This document shows positions 20,291-33,386 of a stretch of DNA of 64,000 nucleotides, piece by piece. Source of the stretch: an uncultured Chloroflexia bacterium (GTDB lineage: Bacteria > Chloroflexota > Limnocylindria > Limnocylindrales > CSP1-4); contig CAVVJT010000010.1 in assembly GCA_963748625.1 (NCBI GenBank), positions 128,001 to 192,000 of the forward strand, read 5' to 3'. A program made the position numbers and the translations under genes. Each line of letters starts with the position of its first letter. Positions within the stretch are counted from its first letter, which is position 1. Under the pieces are notes generated by a model. It did no database searches, had not been told where the DNA came from, and worked only from the letters and a program-made list of their open reading frames with translations.

Positions 20291-21728
20291 GCCGGCCCTA
20301 CCGTCTTCTCGAGCACGAACTTGCGCTCGGCGACGTCGTAGGGCACGGGTTCCGGGTAGCGCCCGTCGAAGCAGGCGAAGCAGAACCGGTCGTACGGGAG
20401 GTCGAGGGCGGCGAGCACGCCCTGCACCGACAGGTAGCCCAGCGAGTCCGCGCCCACGTACTCCCGGATCTCCTCGACCGAGTGGGTGGACGCGATGAGC
20501 TCGGTCTCGATGGCCGTGTCGATGCCGTAGAAGCAGGGGTGGAAGATCGGCGGGGCGCTGATCCGGAGGTGGACCTCGGCGGCGCCGGCCCGGCGCAGGA
20601 GCGCCACGATCTGCTTGGTGGTGGTGCCACGCACGATGGAGTCGTCCACGACCACGAGGCGCTTGTCGCGGATGATCTCCCGCAGCGGCGAGAGCTTGAC
20701 GTTCACGCCGCGCTGGCGCATCGCCTGGGACGGCTGGATGAACGTCCGCCCGCTGTACCGGTTGCGGACGAGGCCCTCGCGGTACGGGATTCCCGACGCC
20801 TCCGCGAATCCCACCGCCGCAGGGGCGCCCGTGTCGGGCACCGGCATCACGAGATCCGCAACCGCCGGGTGCTCCGCGGCGAGCTGCATCCCCATCCGGC
20901 GGCGCGCCTCGTAGAGGTTCACGCCCTCCATGTACGAGTCCGGGCGGGCGAAGTAGATCAGCTCGAACACGCACAGGGCGGGCGTCGCCTCGGCGTAGCG
21001 GAACGACACCGGGTCCTTGCCCACCTCGAGCACCACGATCTCGCCGGGCTCCACGTCGCGCACGTAGTCCGCGCCGGTGATGTCGAGCGCCGCCGTCTCG
21101 GACGCGAGGATCCAGCCGCCGGACGCCTCGCCCCAGAGGCCCGGGGTATCCCCCACCGGCGAGTTCAGGCGACCCAGGACGAGGGGCCGGAAGCCGTGCG
21201 GATCGCGCACGCCGATGACGTGCGAGCCATCCATGACCACCAGGCTGAAGGCGCCGCGGACCCGGGGCAGGACCTTGCGGAGAGCGTCCACGGTGTCGTC
21301 CGCGACCTCGTCCGCAAGGAGCGCGGTCAGGAGCTCCGTGTCCGTGGTCGCCGGGAGGCGTCCGCGCCCTCCCTGCAACTGCTCGAGGAGCTCGCGCGTG
21401 TTGACGAGGTTGCCATTGTGGCTGACGGCGATGGACCGTCGCGGCCCGAGGCGCAGCGTGGGCTGGGCGTTCTCCCAGACCGTGCTGCCGGTGGTGGAGT
21501 AGCGGCAGTGCGCCACGGCCAGCTCGCCCGCGAGCGACGGGATCCGCCGCTCGTCGAGCACGTTGCCGACCATGCCCAGGTCCTTGTAGATCATCAGGTG
21601 GCCGCCGTCGGACACCCCGACCCCTGCCGACTCCTGGCCGCGGTGCTGGAGCGCGAACAGGGCGGTCGCCGCCGTCGCCGCGGCCTCGTGGCCGCGGTTG
21701 GGCAGGACCACCCCGACGACGCCGCACA

Positions 21729-21729
<1 letters not shown>
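20287..21729 (-). CDS. purF: Amidophosphoribosyltransferase, Fe-S type
   Basis: N-terminal MCG, LQHRGQESAG, VDDSIVRGTT; Cys in CVFE, PCFYG, CFAC. Confidence 0.98.
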
Positions 21730-24109
<2,380 letters not shown>

Positions 24110-24113
<4 letters not shown>

Positions 24114-24886
24114 GCCGCACCTCCCGCGACAGGCGCCGGCCCGGGCGCCACGTTCGTGAAGCTGATCCGACCGGTCTGCGCCCACTCCTCGGCGGACACC
24201 ACCAGCGAGCGGATGATCCCGAGGCCGTCGTCCGAGCCGATGATCGCCTCCACCGCCGTCTCCGGGTGCGGCATCAGGCCCGCCACGTTGCCCGCGGCGT
24301 TGCGCACGCCGGCGATCCCGCGCAGCGACCCGTTGGGGTTGCCTGCGTCATCGGGCCCGGCGACCGAACCGTCCGGGTTCGCGTACCGCCACATCACCTG
24401 GCCGTCGGCCTCGAGGGCATCCAGCGTGGCCTCGTCCGCGTAGTAGCAGCCCTCGCCGTGGGCGACGGGCATGCGCAGCGGGCGCCTGCCCTGGAGCTCG
24501 CGGGTGAACGGCGTGTCGAGGTGCACGGGCAGGAGCGTGACCTCCTTGCAGACGAACCGGAGGCCACGGTTCCGCAGGAGGGCGCCCGGCACGAGGCGCG
24601 CCTCGGCGAGCACCTGGAAGCCGTTGCAGATGCCCAGGACCGGGCCGCCTCGCCCGGCGAAGTCCGCCACCGCCCGCATGACCGGGCTGAACCTCGCAAT
24701 CACACCGGCCCGCAGGTAGTCGCCGTAGGCGAAGCCGCCCGGCAGCAGGATCCCGGCCACGCCGGAGAGGTCCGCGTCCTCGTGCCACAGGACCACGGGC
24801 TCGGCGCCCGCGACCGTCAGGGCATTGACCGCGTCGATGTCACGGTTGGAGCCCGGGAACAGGACGATGCCGACCCGGACCGTCAT
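24110..24886 (-). CDS. purQ: FGAM synthase glutaminase subunit
   Basis: [28 protein letters not shown]. Confidence 0.97.
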
Positions 24887-25182
24887 CCGCCCATCCCCGC
24901 GACCGCCCGGGCCTCTGTCTCGCCCAGCGGCTCGACCGTGAACTGTTCCATCAGGGGGTTGGACAAGAGCTCGCCCGCGAGGTGGTCGACGACGGCACGT
25001 GCGGCCGCCTCGTCGACGGCGGTCACGGTGAGCTCCACGCGCCGGCCGACCCGGACGCCGGTCACGCCGGTCACGCCGAGGTGCGGGAGGCTGCGCTCGA
25101 CCGCCTTGCCCTGGGGGTCGAGGATGCCGGGCTTGGGGGTGACGTTGACCGCGAAGCGGAAGGCCGGGCTGGTGTCGCTCAT
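24883..25182 (-). CDS. purS: FGAM synthase subunit PurS
   Basis: KPGILDPQGKAV...VRVGR...LLSNPLME. Confidence 0.95.
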   Translation of the reverse strand: MSDTSPAFRFAVNVTPKPGILDPQGKAVERSLPHLGVTGVTGVRVGRRVELTVTAVDEAAARAVVDHLAGELLSNPLMEQFTVEPLGETEARAVAGMGG

Positions 25183-26096
25183 CGGGCGAAGACGTCCTCC
25201 GAAAGGTAGCGGGCGAAGCTCGCCCCGGTGATGCGCTCGAATGCCTCGACGTAGCGCCCACGGGTGCCGGCGACCACGTTGTCCGGGAGCTCGGGCCCCG
25301 GTGCCGTCTTGTCCCACGGCTGCTGCTCCAGCCAGTCGCGGACGAACTGCTTGTCGTAACTGGCCTGGGCGCGGCCCGGCTCGTATGCCGCGGCCTCCCA
25401 GAACCGTGACGAGTCGGGGGTCATCACCTCGTCGATGAGGATGAGCTCCCCGTCAGGGGTGACGCCGAACTCGTACTTGGTGTCGGCGAGGATGATCCCC
25501 GCCCGCTCGCAGATGATCGACCCGCGCGCGTAGAGCGCGAGGGACGCGATCATGACCATGTTGGCGAGCCGGTGTCCGATGAGCTCGGCGACGCGACCCA
25601 TCGGGATGTTCTCGTCGTGCTGCCCGGCAGGTGCTTTCCAGGCGGGCGTGAAGACGGGCTCCGGCAGGCGGTCGGACTCGCGCAGGCCAGGCGGCAGCTC
25701 GATGCCGCACACGGTGCCCGAGGCCTGGTACTCCTTCCAGCCCGAGCCGCTGAGGTAGCCTCGAACGACGCACTCCACCGGGAGGACCTCGGCGCGGCGG
25801 CCCAGCATCATCCGCCCACGCAGGTCGGCAAGCACGCGTTCGTCGCCACCGGTGATGTCCTCGGGGAGATCGGCAGGATCCGTGGAGAGCAGGTGGCTCG
25901 CGATGATGTCCGCGGTCTGCGCGAACCAGAACCGCGAGAGGCCGGTCAGGACGCGGCCCTTGTCCGCGATCGGCGTGGGCAGGACCACGTCGAAGGCGGA
26001 CAGGCGGTCGCTCGCCACCAGCAGCAGCCGGTCTTCCCCCACTGCGTACAGGTCGCGGACCTTGCCGGACCGGACGAAGGCGTCAGCGAGCGCCAT
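25179..26096 (-). CDS. purC: SAICAR synthetase
   Basis: SGKVRDLY, SDRLSAFD, ECVVRGY, ADTKYEFG, TPDSSRFW. Confidence 0.97.
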   Translation of the reverse strand: MALADAFVRSGKVRDLYAVGEDRLLLVASDRLSAFDVVLPTPIADKGRVLTGLSRFWFAQTADIIASHLLSTDPADLPEDITGGDERVLADLRGRMMLGRRAEVLPVECVVRGYLSGSGWKEYQASGTVCGIELPPGLRESDRLPEPVFTPAWKAPAGQHDENIPMGRVAELIGHRLANMVMIASLALYARGSIICERAGIILADTKYEFGVTPDGELILIDEVMTPDSSRFWEAAAYEPGRAQASYDKQFVRDWLEQQPWDKTAPGPELPDNVVAGTRGRYVEAFERITGASFARYLSEDVFAR

Positions 26097-27447
26097 CGGA
26101 GCCTTCCCGTGCGTGTCCGAGCGGGGTTGACCGCTCGCGGACCTGGGCTTCGAGCGGCTCGAGACGCCCGATGATGGTCGGGACGTGGCGCATGACAACG
26201 TCGTCGTCGAAGCAGGCGTCGAGATCGGCCAGCGGCAGCTTCTGGGCGACCTCGGGATCGGTGGCCAGGAGGCCGTGCAGCGCGACCCGCTCGTCCGCGG
26301 CCCGCAACGCGCTGCGCTGGACGATGGCGTAGGCCTGCTCGCGGCTCATGCCGCCCTTCTCGACGAGGGCCAGGAGCACCCGCGAGGAGGCGTGCAGGCC
26401 ATGCCCGCGGTCGATGTTCTCGCGCATCCGCTCCGGCCGCACGACCAGCCCCTCGACCAGGCCCGTGGTCTTCGTGAGCATGTAGTCGAGCAGGATGGTC
26501 GCGTCGGGGAGGATCACGCGCTCGGCGCTGCTGTGGCTGATGTCGCGCTCGTGCCACAGGGGCTGGTTCTCGAAGGCGGTCGTCGCGTACCCGCGCAGGA
26601 GGCGCGCGAGCCCCGCGATCCGCTCGGACAGGATCGGATTGCGCTTGTGGGGCATCGCCGAGCTGCCCTTCTGGCCGCGCTTGAAGGGCTCCATGACCTC
26701 GGCGATCTCGGTGTGCTGGAGGTTGCGGACCTCGGTCGCGAGGCGCTCCAGGCTGCCGCCGATAATGGCGATGGCGGCGAGGAACGCGGCATGACGGTCG
26801 CGCTGCACGATCTGGGTGCTGACAGGATCGACCCGCAAGCCCAGGTCCGCCAGCACCTCGGCCTCGAGGTCCAGGCCCAGGTGCGAGTACGTCCCCACCG
26901 GGCCGCTGATCTTGCCCGTGCCGATCTCGGCGGTGGCTGCGGCCAGGCGGTCGCGGCCCCGGGCGACCTCGAATGCCCAGCCCGCGCACTTGAGGCCGAA
27001 GGTCGTGGGCTCAGCGTGGACGCTGTGGGTGCGGCCCATCATCACCGTGCCGGCCTCCTGGCGGGCCCGGGCGATGAGCGCGAGGATCAGGCGGTCCGCG
27101 CCGGCCAGGAGCTGCTCCCCCGCCGCCTTGAGCTGGAGCGCGAGGGCGGTGTCGACCACGTCCGAGCTGGTGAGGCCGAGATGCAGGAAGCGTCCCTCGG
27201 GACCCACAGTCTCGGCCACCTGCGACACGAACGCGATCACGTCGTGGTCGGTGGTCTGCTCGATCTCGTTGATCCGCTCGACGTTGACGACGGCGCGTCC
27301 CTCGATCGACGCGAGGGCAGCGGCGGGGACGAGGCCGCGCCTGACCTGCGCCCGGCATACAGCGATCTCCACGTCCAGCATCCGCCCGAAGCGGGCCTCC
27401 TCGGACCACAGGGCACCCATCGCGGGCAGCGTGTAGCGGCGGATCAT
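26083..27447 (-). CDS. purB: Adenylosuccinate lyase
   Basis: HLGLTSSD, GRTH, GSSAMPHKRNP, WHERDISHSS. Confidence 0.98.
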   Translation of the reverse strand: MIRRYTLPAMGALWSEEARFGRMLDVEIAVCRAQVRRGLVPAAALASIEGRAVVNVERINEIEQTTDHDVIAFVSQVAETVGPEGRFLHLGLTSSDVVDTALALQLKAAGEQLLAGADRLILALIARARQEAGTVMMGRTHSVHAEPTTFGLKCAGWAFEVARGRDRLAAATAEIGTGKISGPVGTYSHLGLDLEAEVLADLGLRVDPVSTQIVQRDRHAAFLAAIAIIGGSLERLATEVRNLQHTEIAEVMEPFKRGQKGSSAMPHKRNPILSERIAGLARLLRGYATTAFENQPLWHERDISHSSAERVILPDATILLDYMLTKTTGLVEGLVVRPERMRENIDRGHGLHASSRVLLALVEKGGMSREQAYAIVQRSALRAADERVALHGLLATDPEVAQKLPLADLDACFDDDVVMRHVPTIIGRLEPLEAQVRERSTPLGHAREGSDGAR

Positions 27448-28769
27448 CGGGCGGCCTCCGGCAGCGTGGCGGCGATGTCGTGGCGGCGGATCATCCCGTC
27501 CCAGGTGATGGCGTCGGCGGCGCGCTCGGCGATGAGCCGGGCCGCGGTCACGTCCGGGCCGCGGCCGGTCACCGCAAGCACGCGGCCGCCATTGGTGCCG
27601 AACCCGCCCTCGGAGCGCTGGCGGGCAACGGTGCCGGCGTGGAAGACGAGGGCGCCGCGGGCGACGGCCTCGTCGAGGCCCTCGATGGGGTCGCCCTTGC
27701 GCGGGTCGTTCGGGTAGCCAGCGGCGGCGAGCACGATGGTGACGGCGGCCTCGTCGCGCGCCGCCAGGCGGGCGGGCAGGTCGGCAGGGAGGCCGCCTGT
27801 TGCGGCAGCCAGCAGGACCGGCGCGAGATCCGCGTCGAGACGCGGCAGGATCGCCTGCGTCTCGGGGTCGCCCAGCCGGACGTTGGTCTCGAGCAGCGCG
27901 GGGCCGGTTGCCGTGAGCATCAGGCCCGCGTACAGGAACCCCTTGAAGGGGATGCCGCGGCTGGCCATCTCGGCCAGGATCGGCTGGTGGACGGTCGCCA
28001 GGATGCGTGCAACATCGGCGTCAGTGAGGTCCGGCAGCGGCGAGTAGGCACCCATGCCACCGGTGTTCGGGCCCTCGTCGTCATCGCACAGGCGCTTGTG
28101 GTCCCGGGCCGCCGGGAGGGCGATGGCTCGGCGGCCGTCGCAGATGGCGATGACGCTGGCCTCGGGGCCCTGGAGCCGCTCCTCGACGACGAGCGCGATC
28201 TCGCCCGGGGTCCGCCCCGCGAGGAAGGACGGCGCAAGCTCGAGCGCCTGCTCGAGCGAGTCCGTGACGATGACGCCCTTGCCCGCGGCGAGACCATCGG
28301 CCTTGAGCACCGCCCCCGCACCTGCCGCGGCGAGATCGTGGATGAAGCCGAGCGCCGCCTGCTCCTCGCCCCCGCTGAAGGCCATCGCCCGGGCCATGCG
28401 GACGCCAGCCGCCTCCGCCACCTCGTGGCAGAACGCCTTCGACGTCTCCAGCCGTGCGGCGGCCGCCACGGGGCCGAACACCGGGATCCCGGCCTCCCGG
28501 AGGGCATCGGCCACCCCGGCGCCCAGCGGCGCCTCCGGGCCGACCACCACCAGGTCGGCCGCCTCGGCCTGCGCAAGCGCCACCACGGCCACGGGAACGA
28601 GCGGGTTCACGGGTGCGCACCTGGTCCCGGGTGTCAGCCCGATGCCGGCGCTCCCGGGGGCCACCACCACCTCGCTGACGCCCTGCTCGCCCGCGAGCTT
28701 CCAAGCGAGCGCATGCTCGCGCCCGCCACTCCCGATGACGAGGATCCGCGACGGCACGTCGAGGGTCAC
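27444..28769 (-). CDS. purD: Phosphoribosylamine-glycine ligase
   Basis: GSGGREHALAW, VGPEAPL, KADGLAAGKGV, GPNTGGMGAY; GTG start with GGAG RBS. Confidence 0.96.
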   Translation of the reverse strand: MTLDVPSRILVIGSGGREHALAWKLAGEQGVSEVVVAPGSAGIGLTPGTRCAPVNPLVPVAVVALAQAEAADLVVVGPEAPLGAGVADALREAGIPVFGPVAAAARLETSKAFCHEVAEAAGVRMARAMAFSGGEEQAALGFIHDLAAAGAGAVLKADGLAAGKGVIVTDSLEQALELAPSFLAGRTPGEIALVVEERLQGPEASVIAICDGRRAIALPAARDHKRLCDDDEGPNTGGMGAYSPLPDLTDADVARILATVHQPILAEMASRGIPFKGFLYAGLMLTATGPALLETNVRLGDPETQAILPRLDADLAPVLLAAATGGLPADLPARLAARDEAAVTIVLAAAGYPNDPRKGDPIEGLDEAVARGALVFHAGTVARQRSEGGFGTNGGRVLAVTGRGPDVTAARLIAERAADAITWDGMIRRHDIAATLPEAAR

Positions 28770-28807
28770 TGCTGGTCTCCCGATCGCGCGCTCAGGGGGC
28801 GTGCCGC

Positions 28808-30115
28808 TCAGGCCGGCTGCTGGGGCCGACGGCGCAGCGGCCGCCAGGCCCGCTCGATGGTCTGCGTCCGCTCCGGGCCGACGCTCACGAAGACGATCGG
28901 CACGCCTGCGTGGTCCTCGAGCGCCTGCACGTAGCGGCGCGCGGCCTCGGGCAGGTCGGCCAGGCTGCGGACGTCGTGGATCGGCTGTTCCCAGCCCTCG
29001 AAGTCCTCGTAGATCGGCACGGCGCGCTCCAGCGCGGAGCCGGACGACGGCCAGGTCTCCACCCGCTTGCCGTCCAGCTCGTAGGCCACGCCGAGCTTGA
29101 TGGTCTCGATGCCCGAGAGGATGTCCAGCTTGTTGAGGACGATGGCGCTCGTGGAGTTGACCGCGACCGCGTAGCGGAGCGGGACGGTGTCGAACCAGCC
29201 GACACGCCGGGCTCGCCCGGTGACGGTGCCGAACTCGTGGCCGCGCTGCGCGATGCCCTTGCCGATCTCGTCGAACAGCTCGGTCGGGAAGGGCCCGGAG
29301 CCGACGCGGGTCGAGTAGGCCTTCATCACGCCGATGACCTCGTCGACCTGGAGCGGCCCGATGCCGCCGCCGGTGCAGGCCCCACCCGCCACCGGGTTGG
29401 ACGAGGTCACGAACGGGTAGGAGCCGTGGTCCAGGTCCAGCAGCGCGCCCTGGGCGCCCTCGAGCAGGACATGGTCGCCGCGGCGCAGGGCGTCCTGGAC
29501 CAGCCACGTGGAGTCGTCCATGTGCGGCTCGATGCGAGCACCCCACTCGAGGCACTGGGCGACGAGGGCGTCCACATCGAAGGTGTCCGCGCCCATCGAC
29601 GCGAGCAGGAGGTTCTTGTCCGGCAGGGCGCGGCCGATCCGCTCGCGCAGGACTGCCTCGTCGACGAGGTCCTCGATCCGGATGCCCAGGCGCCAGGCGC
29701 GGTCGCCGTACGTGGGGCCGATGCCGCGCCCTGTGGTGCCCACCTTGGCACCCGCGAGCCGGGTCTCGTTGGCCTTATCGAGGGCGACGTGGTACGGCAT
29801 GATCACGTGCGCGCTGCGGCTGACGCGGATCTTGCTGGTGTCCACGCCCTTGCCCGCGAGCATGTCCATCTCGCGCAGCAGCGTGGCCGGGTTCACCACG
29901 ACGCCGTTGCCGATGACCGACGTGATGTGCGGATACATGACGCCCGACGGGCACAGCTGCAGCTTGATCGTCTCGTTGCCCACGACGACGGTGTGGCCGG
30001 CGTTGTCGCCGCCCTGGTAGCGCACCACCATGGCGACCTGCTCGGCCAGGAAGTCGGTGGTCTTCCCCTTCCCCTCATCGCCCCACTGGAGGCCGGTGAT
30101 CACGGTCGCAGGCAT
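28808..30115 (-). CDS. purA: Adenylosuccinate synthetase
   Basis: QWGDEGKGK, GGDNAGHT, EGAQG, YPFVTSS. Confidence 0.98.
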   Translation of the reverse strand: MPATVITGLQWGDEGKGKTTDFLAEQVAMVVRYQGGDNAGHTVVVGNETIKLQLCPSGVMYPHITSVIGNGVVVNPATLLREMDMLAGKGVDTSKIRVSRSAHVIMPYHVALDKANETRLAGAKVGTTGRGIGPTYGDRAWRLGIRIEDLVDEAVLRERIGRALPDKNLLLASMGADTFDVDALVAQCLEWGARIEPHMDDSTWLVQDALRRGDHVLLEGAQGALLDLDHGSYPFVTSSNPVAGGACTGGGIGPLQVDEVIGVMKAYSTRVGSGPFPTELFDEIGKGIAQRGHEFGTVTGRARRVGWFDTVPLRYAVAVNSTSAIVLNKLDILSGIETIKLGVAYELDGKRVETWPSSGSALERAVPIYEDFEGWEQPIHDVRSLADLPEAARRYVQALEDHAGVPIVFVSVGPERTQTIERAWRPLRRRPQQPA

Positions 30116-30328
30116 CAGGGCAGCCTCCCGGAAATGAAACGACCCCGGCGCATCGTGCCGGGGTGCTGGATACACGTCTCCCGCGTCTGCCCGCCGGTGA
30201 CCTGGCGGACCGGGTGACCGAAGGTGCGAACCCGTCTCACGGGGCGGATCCCGCGCCTTCCTCGAGCAACGGTTGTCCCTCCATCGCGGGGCCGGTCGAG
30301 GGCCGGCTTCCGAGGAAGGGCGAGTATA
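30116..30328 (-). promoter_or_regulatory. Structured 5' leader of the pur operon with terminator-like hairpin (riboswitch/attenuator candidate)
   Basis: TATACT -10 at 30328-30323; three-way junction 30319-30256; hairpin ACCCCGGC/GCCGGGGT (30164-30142) followed by CGTTTCATTTC before the RBS. Confidence 0.55.
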
Positions 30329-30518
30329 CGCGACGGGGGTCCCGTCCGACACGCTGGCGGGGGTTGCGGATCGGGGTCGAGGAGCAGGCCGACGGCGGCC
30401 GCCGCCAGGACTCCCCGCGTAAGCGCGCGGTGAGTGCGGCGTAAGGGCGCGTGCAGTGGCGGCGCCTACCGTGTGCATCCCGTCGCACCGCCCGCCGCAG
30501 CCGAAAGGAGACCCCCGG

Positions 30519-31004
30519 ATGAACCGGGTCATGCTGACCGGTCGCCTCACCCGCGACCCCGAGCTCCGCACCACCGCCGGCGGCAAGGCGGTCGTCCAGT
30601 TCTCGATCGCGTCGCACGAGTTCGTCGGCGGCAAGGAGAAGTCGGAGTTCCACTCGATCGTCGCGTGGAACCGCCTCGCGGAGACGTGCGGCCGCTACCT
30701 GGGCAAGGGCCAGCAGGTGGCCGTCGAGGGGCGGATCCAGACGCGAACCTGGGACGACAGCGATGGCAAGCGCCACTGGCGCACCGAGATCATCGCCTCG
30801 TCCGTCGAGATGCTGGCCGGGCGCCGGCGCCGCGACTACAGCGGTGACCAGGCCGCCGACGCGCTGGAGGCACAGGCCCAGGTGGCGGGTATTCCGCCGG
30901 ACGCGTCGGAGCCGGTGGCCGACGAGAGCGGCTTCGCCGTGCTGCCCGGCACGGACGAGGACGAGGAGGAGGACGAGTTGCTCGAGGAGGCCGTCGCGGC
31001 CTAG
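30519..31004 (+). CDS. ssb: Single-stranded DNA-binding protein
   Basis: MNRVMLTGRLTRDPELR...KGQQVAVEGRIQTR; AAAGGAG RBS. Confidence 0.95.
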   Translation: MNRVMLTGRLTRDPELRTTAGGKAVVQFSIASHEFVGGKEKSEFHSIVAWNRLAETCGRYLGKGQQVAVEGRIQTRTWDDSDGKRHWRTEIIASSVEMLAGRRRRDYSGDQAADALEAQAQVAGIPPDASEPVADESGFAVLPGTDEDEEEDELLEEAVAA

Positions 31005-31088
31005 ACGCCCTTCTCCCCGGCGGCGGCACGGCTCCCCCCTCCCGTGCCGTCGCCCGCCCATGCCTGCATCGGGGGCCCGCCCGACCTG

Positions 31089-32213
31089 CTACACCGGCAC
31101 CTGGAACTCGAAGAAGCTGATCGCGAGGATCGCGAAGACCAGCATGAGCAGCGCGCCCTCGAGCCAGTTGGACTCGCCGTCGAGCGCAACGAGCGCGCTG
31201 ATGCCGACCGCCGCGGCGACGGCCGCCACCTCGAGCGGATGGAACACGAGGTCCATCGGCTGGCCGACCACCAGGCCCAGCAGCACCAGCACCGGTGCCA
31301 CGAAGAGCGCCACCTGGAGCGACGACCCGAATGACACCGCCATCGAGAACTCGATCTTGTTCTTGAACGCGAGCTGGACCGCGACCAGGTGCTCGGCGAG
31401 GTTGCCGATGGTGGGGATCAGGATCACGCCGACGAAGAGCTGGGAGAGGCCGAACTGCTCGATGAACGGCTCAATCGAGCTGACCAGGATCTCGGACAGG
31501 ACCGCGAGCAGGGCCGCCGTGATGAGCAGCACGAGGATCGCGGTCCTGCCGGTCCAGGCGGGACCGGCGTGGCCCTCCGGCTCCCCGTGGCCGCCCAGCG
31601 TCCGTTCGGGGTTGGTGAACTGCCAGACCAGGGACAGCCCGTAGCCGGTCATCAGCACCAGTGCGACCAGCACGGACTCCTGGACCTTCATGCCCGTGGA
31701 CGAGCCGCCTGAGAACGCGAAGATCGCCGGAATGAACAGGCCGACGGCGGCCAGCACCAGCAGGGCCGCGTTGGAGCCCGCGATCCGCGCACTGAACGTC
31801 TGCAGCCCGTTCTTGAGGCCACCCGCGAGCATCGCCGCGCCGAGGACCAGCAGCAGGTTGCCGATGATGGAGCCCGTGATCGACGCCTTGACCACGGTCA
31901 GGAGCCCAGCCTGGAGCGCGAAGAACGCGATGATCAGCTCGGCGATGTTGCCGAACGTGGCGTTGAGGATGCCGCCGACCTGCGGGCCGGTGAGCGCGCC
32001 GAGCCGCTCGGTGGAGAGGCCGACCACCCAGGCGAGGCCCAGGATCGCGACCGCGCTGACCACGAAGACGACAGCCCCCTCCACGTGGAGCCCGAAGTCC
32101 ACGATCATGGCGACGATCGACAGCGTGAGGGTGACGAGGACGGCGATCCGGGCGGGCACGGACAGCGCACCGAGGATCGGGAGACGGGAGGCGCGGGCGG
32201 GGGCGGGTCTCAT
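31089..32213 (-). CDS. cax: Ca2+/H+ antiporter (CAX/ChaA)
   Basis: LNATFGNIAEL, GSIIGNLLL, GNLAEH, GSSLQVALF, DGESNWLEG. Confidence 0.93.
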   Translation of the reverse strand: MRPAPARASRLPILGALSVPARIAVLVTLTLSIVAMIVDFGLHVEGAVVFVVSAVAILGLAWVVGLSTERLGALTGPQVGGILNATFGNIAELIIAFFALQAGLLTVVKASITGSIIGNLLLVLGAAMLAGGLKNGLQTFSARIAGSNAALLVLAAVGLFIPAIFAFSGGSSTGMKVQESVLVALVLMTGYGLSLVWQFTNPERTLGGHGEPEGHAGPAWTGRTAILVLLITAALLAVLSEILVSSIEPFIEQFGLSQLFVGVILIPTIGNLAEHLVAVQLAFKNKIEFSMAVSFGSSLQVALFVAPVLVLLGLVVGQPMDLVFHPLEVAAVAAAVGISALVALDGESNWLEGALLMLVFAILAISFFEFQVPV

Positions 32214-32312
32214 GGCGAGATCCTACGGCGGCCGGAGGGGCGGCGCCGGCAGATCACGGCGTCCGCCAGGAGATCGGACCGCACGGCCGTGGACGTCCGG
32301 CCGCACGGTGCG

Positions 32313-33386
32313 TCAGGCGGCCGGCTGTCCGTCCGCGGCCGGTGCGAGGCCCGCGGCCTGGGTAGCCTGGACGGCCTGCGGCGCCTCGATGAAGTGGCAG
32401 GCCGCGAGGTGCTCGGGACCTCCCAGCGCCTGGTGACGGACGAGTTCCGGCTGCGTCGTGGCGCAGATCTCCGGTCGGCCGAGCTGCATGCGCAGGGGGC
32501 ACCGCGGATGGAAGCGACAGCCGGTCGGCGGGTTGAGCGGCGATGGCACATCGCCGGTGAGGACCACGCGGCGGCGACGGTCGCGCACATCCGGGATCGG
32601 GATCGAGGACATCAGGGCCTGGGTGTACGGATGCTGGGGATCGCGGAAGATCACCTCGCGACCGGCCAATTCGGCGATGCGGCCCAGGTACATCACCGCG
32701 ACACGGTCACTGATGTGCTCGACGACGCCCATGTTGTGGGCGATGAAGACGTACGTGAGGCCAAGCTCTCCCTGGAGCGTCTTGAGCAGGTTGAGGACCT
32801 GCGCCTGGATCGACACGTCCAGGGCGGACACGGGCTCGTCGCACACGAGCAGCTCCGGCTCCAGCACCAGCGCCCGTGCGATCCCGATCCGTTGCCGCTG
32901 ACCGCCCGAGAACTCGTGGGGATACCGGCGAGCGTGGTACGGGGCGAGGCCGACAAGGTCCATCATCCGGCGGACCTTGGCACGCCGCTCTTCGGGCGTG
33001 CCGAGATTGTGGATGCGGAGCCCCTCGCCGATGCTGTCGCCGATCGGCGTCCGCGGATCGAGCGAGGAGAACGGGTCCTGGAAGATGATCTGGATCCGGC
33101 GCCGGAACGGCTTGAGCGCGGTTCCCTTCAGCGCGGTGATGTCCGTGCCTTCGAAGTGGATCGTGCCCGACGTGGGCTCGATGAGGCGCAGGAGCAGGCG
33201 ACCGATGGTGGTCTTGCCGCAGCCGGACTCGCCCACGAGACCGAGCGTCTCGCCCCGCATGATCTCGAAGCTCACGTCCGTCACGGCACGAACCTGGCCG
33301 ACGGTGCGCTGGAGCGCGCCTCCTTTGACCGGGAAGTCCTTGCTCAGGGAACGCACGGCCACGAGCGGCGAGCCAGCCGGCGTCAT
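32313..33386 (-). CDS. Peptide ABC transporter ATPase (OppF/DppF)
   Basis: [37 protein letters not shown]. Confidence 0.93.
   Translation of the reverse strand: MTPAGSPLVAVRSLSKDFPVKGGALQRTVGQVRAVTDVSFEIMRGETLGLVGESGCGKTTIGRLLLRLIEPTSGTIHFEGTDITALKGTALKPFRRRIQIIFQDPFSSLDPRTPIGDSIGEGLRIHNLGTPEERRAKVRRMMDLVGLAPYHARRYPHEFSGGQRQRIGIARALVLEPELLVCDEPVSALDVSIQAQVLNLLKTLQGELGLTYVFIAHNMGVVEHISDRVAVMYLGRIAELAGREVIFRDPQHPYTQALMSSIPIPDVRDRRRRVVLTGDVPSPLNPPTGCRFHPRCPLRMQLGRPEICATTQPELVRHQALGGPEHLAACHFIEAPQAVQATQAAGLAPAADGQPAA

Noticed and set aside
30170-30250. ZTP, guanine or PRPP/ykkC riboswitch
   Set aside because: GTGACCTGGCGGA resembles ZTP but is on the wrong strand and lacks the CGCCTGGGC 3' hairpin; no UUUCUACC purine core; only fragmentary ykkC-like words
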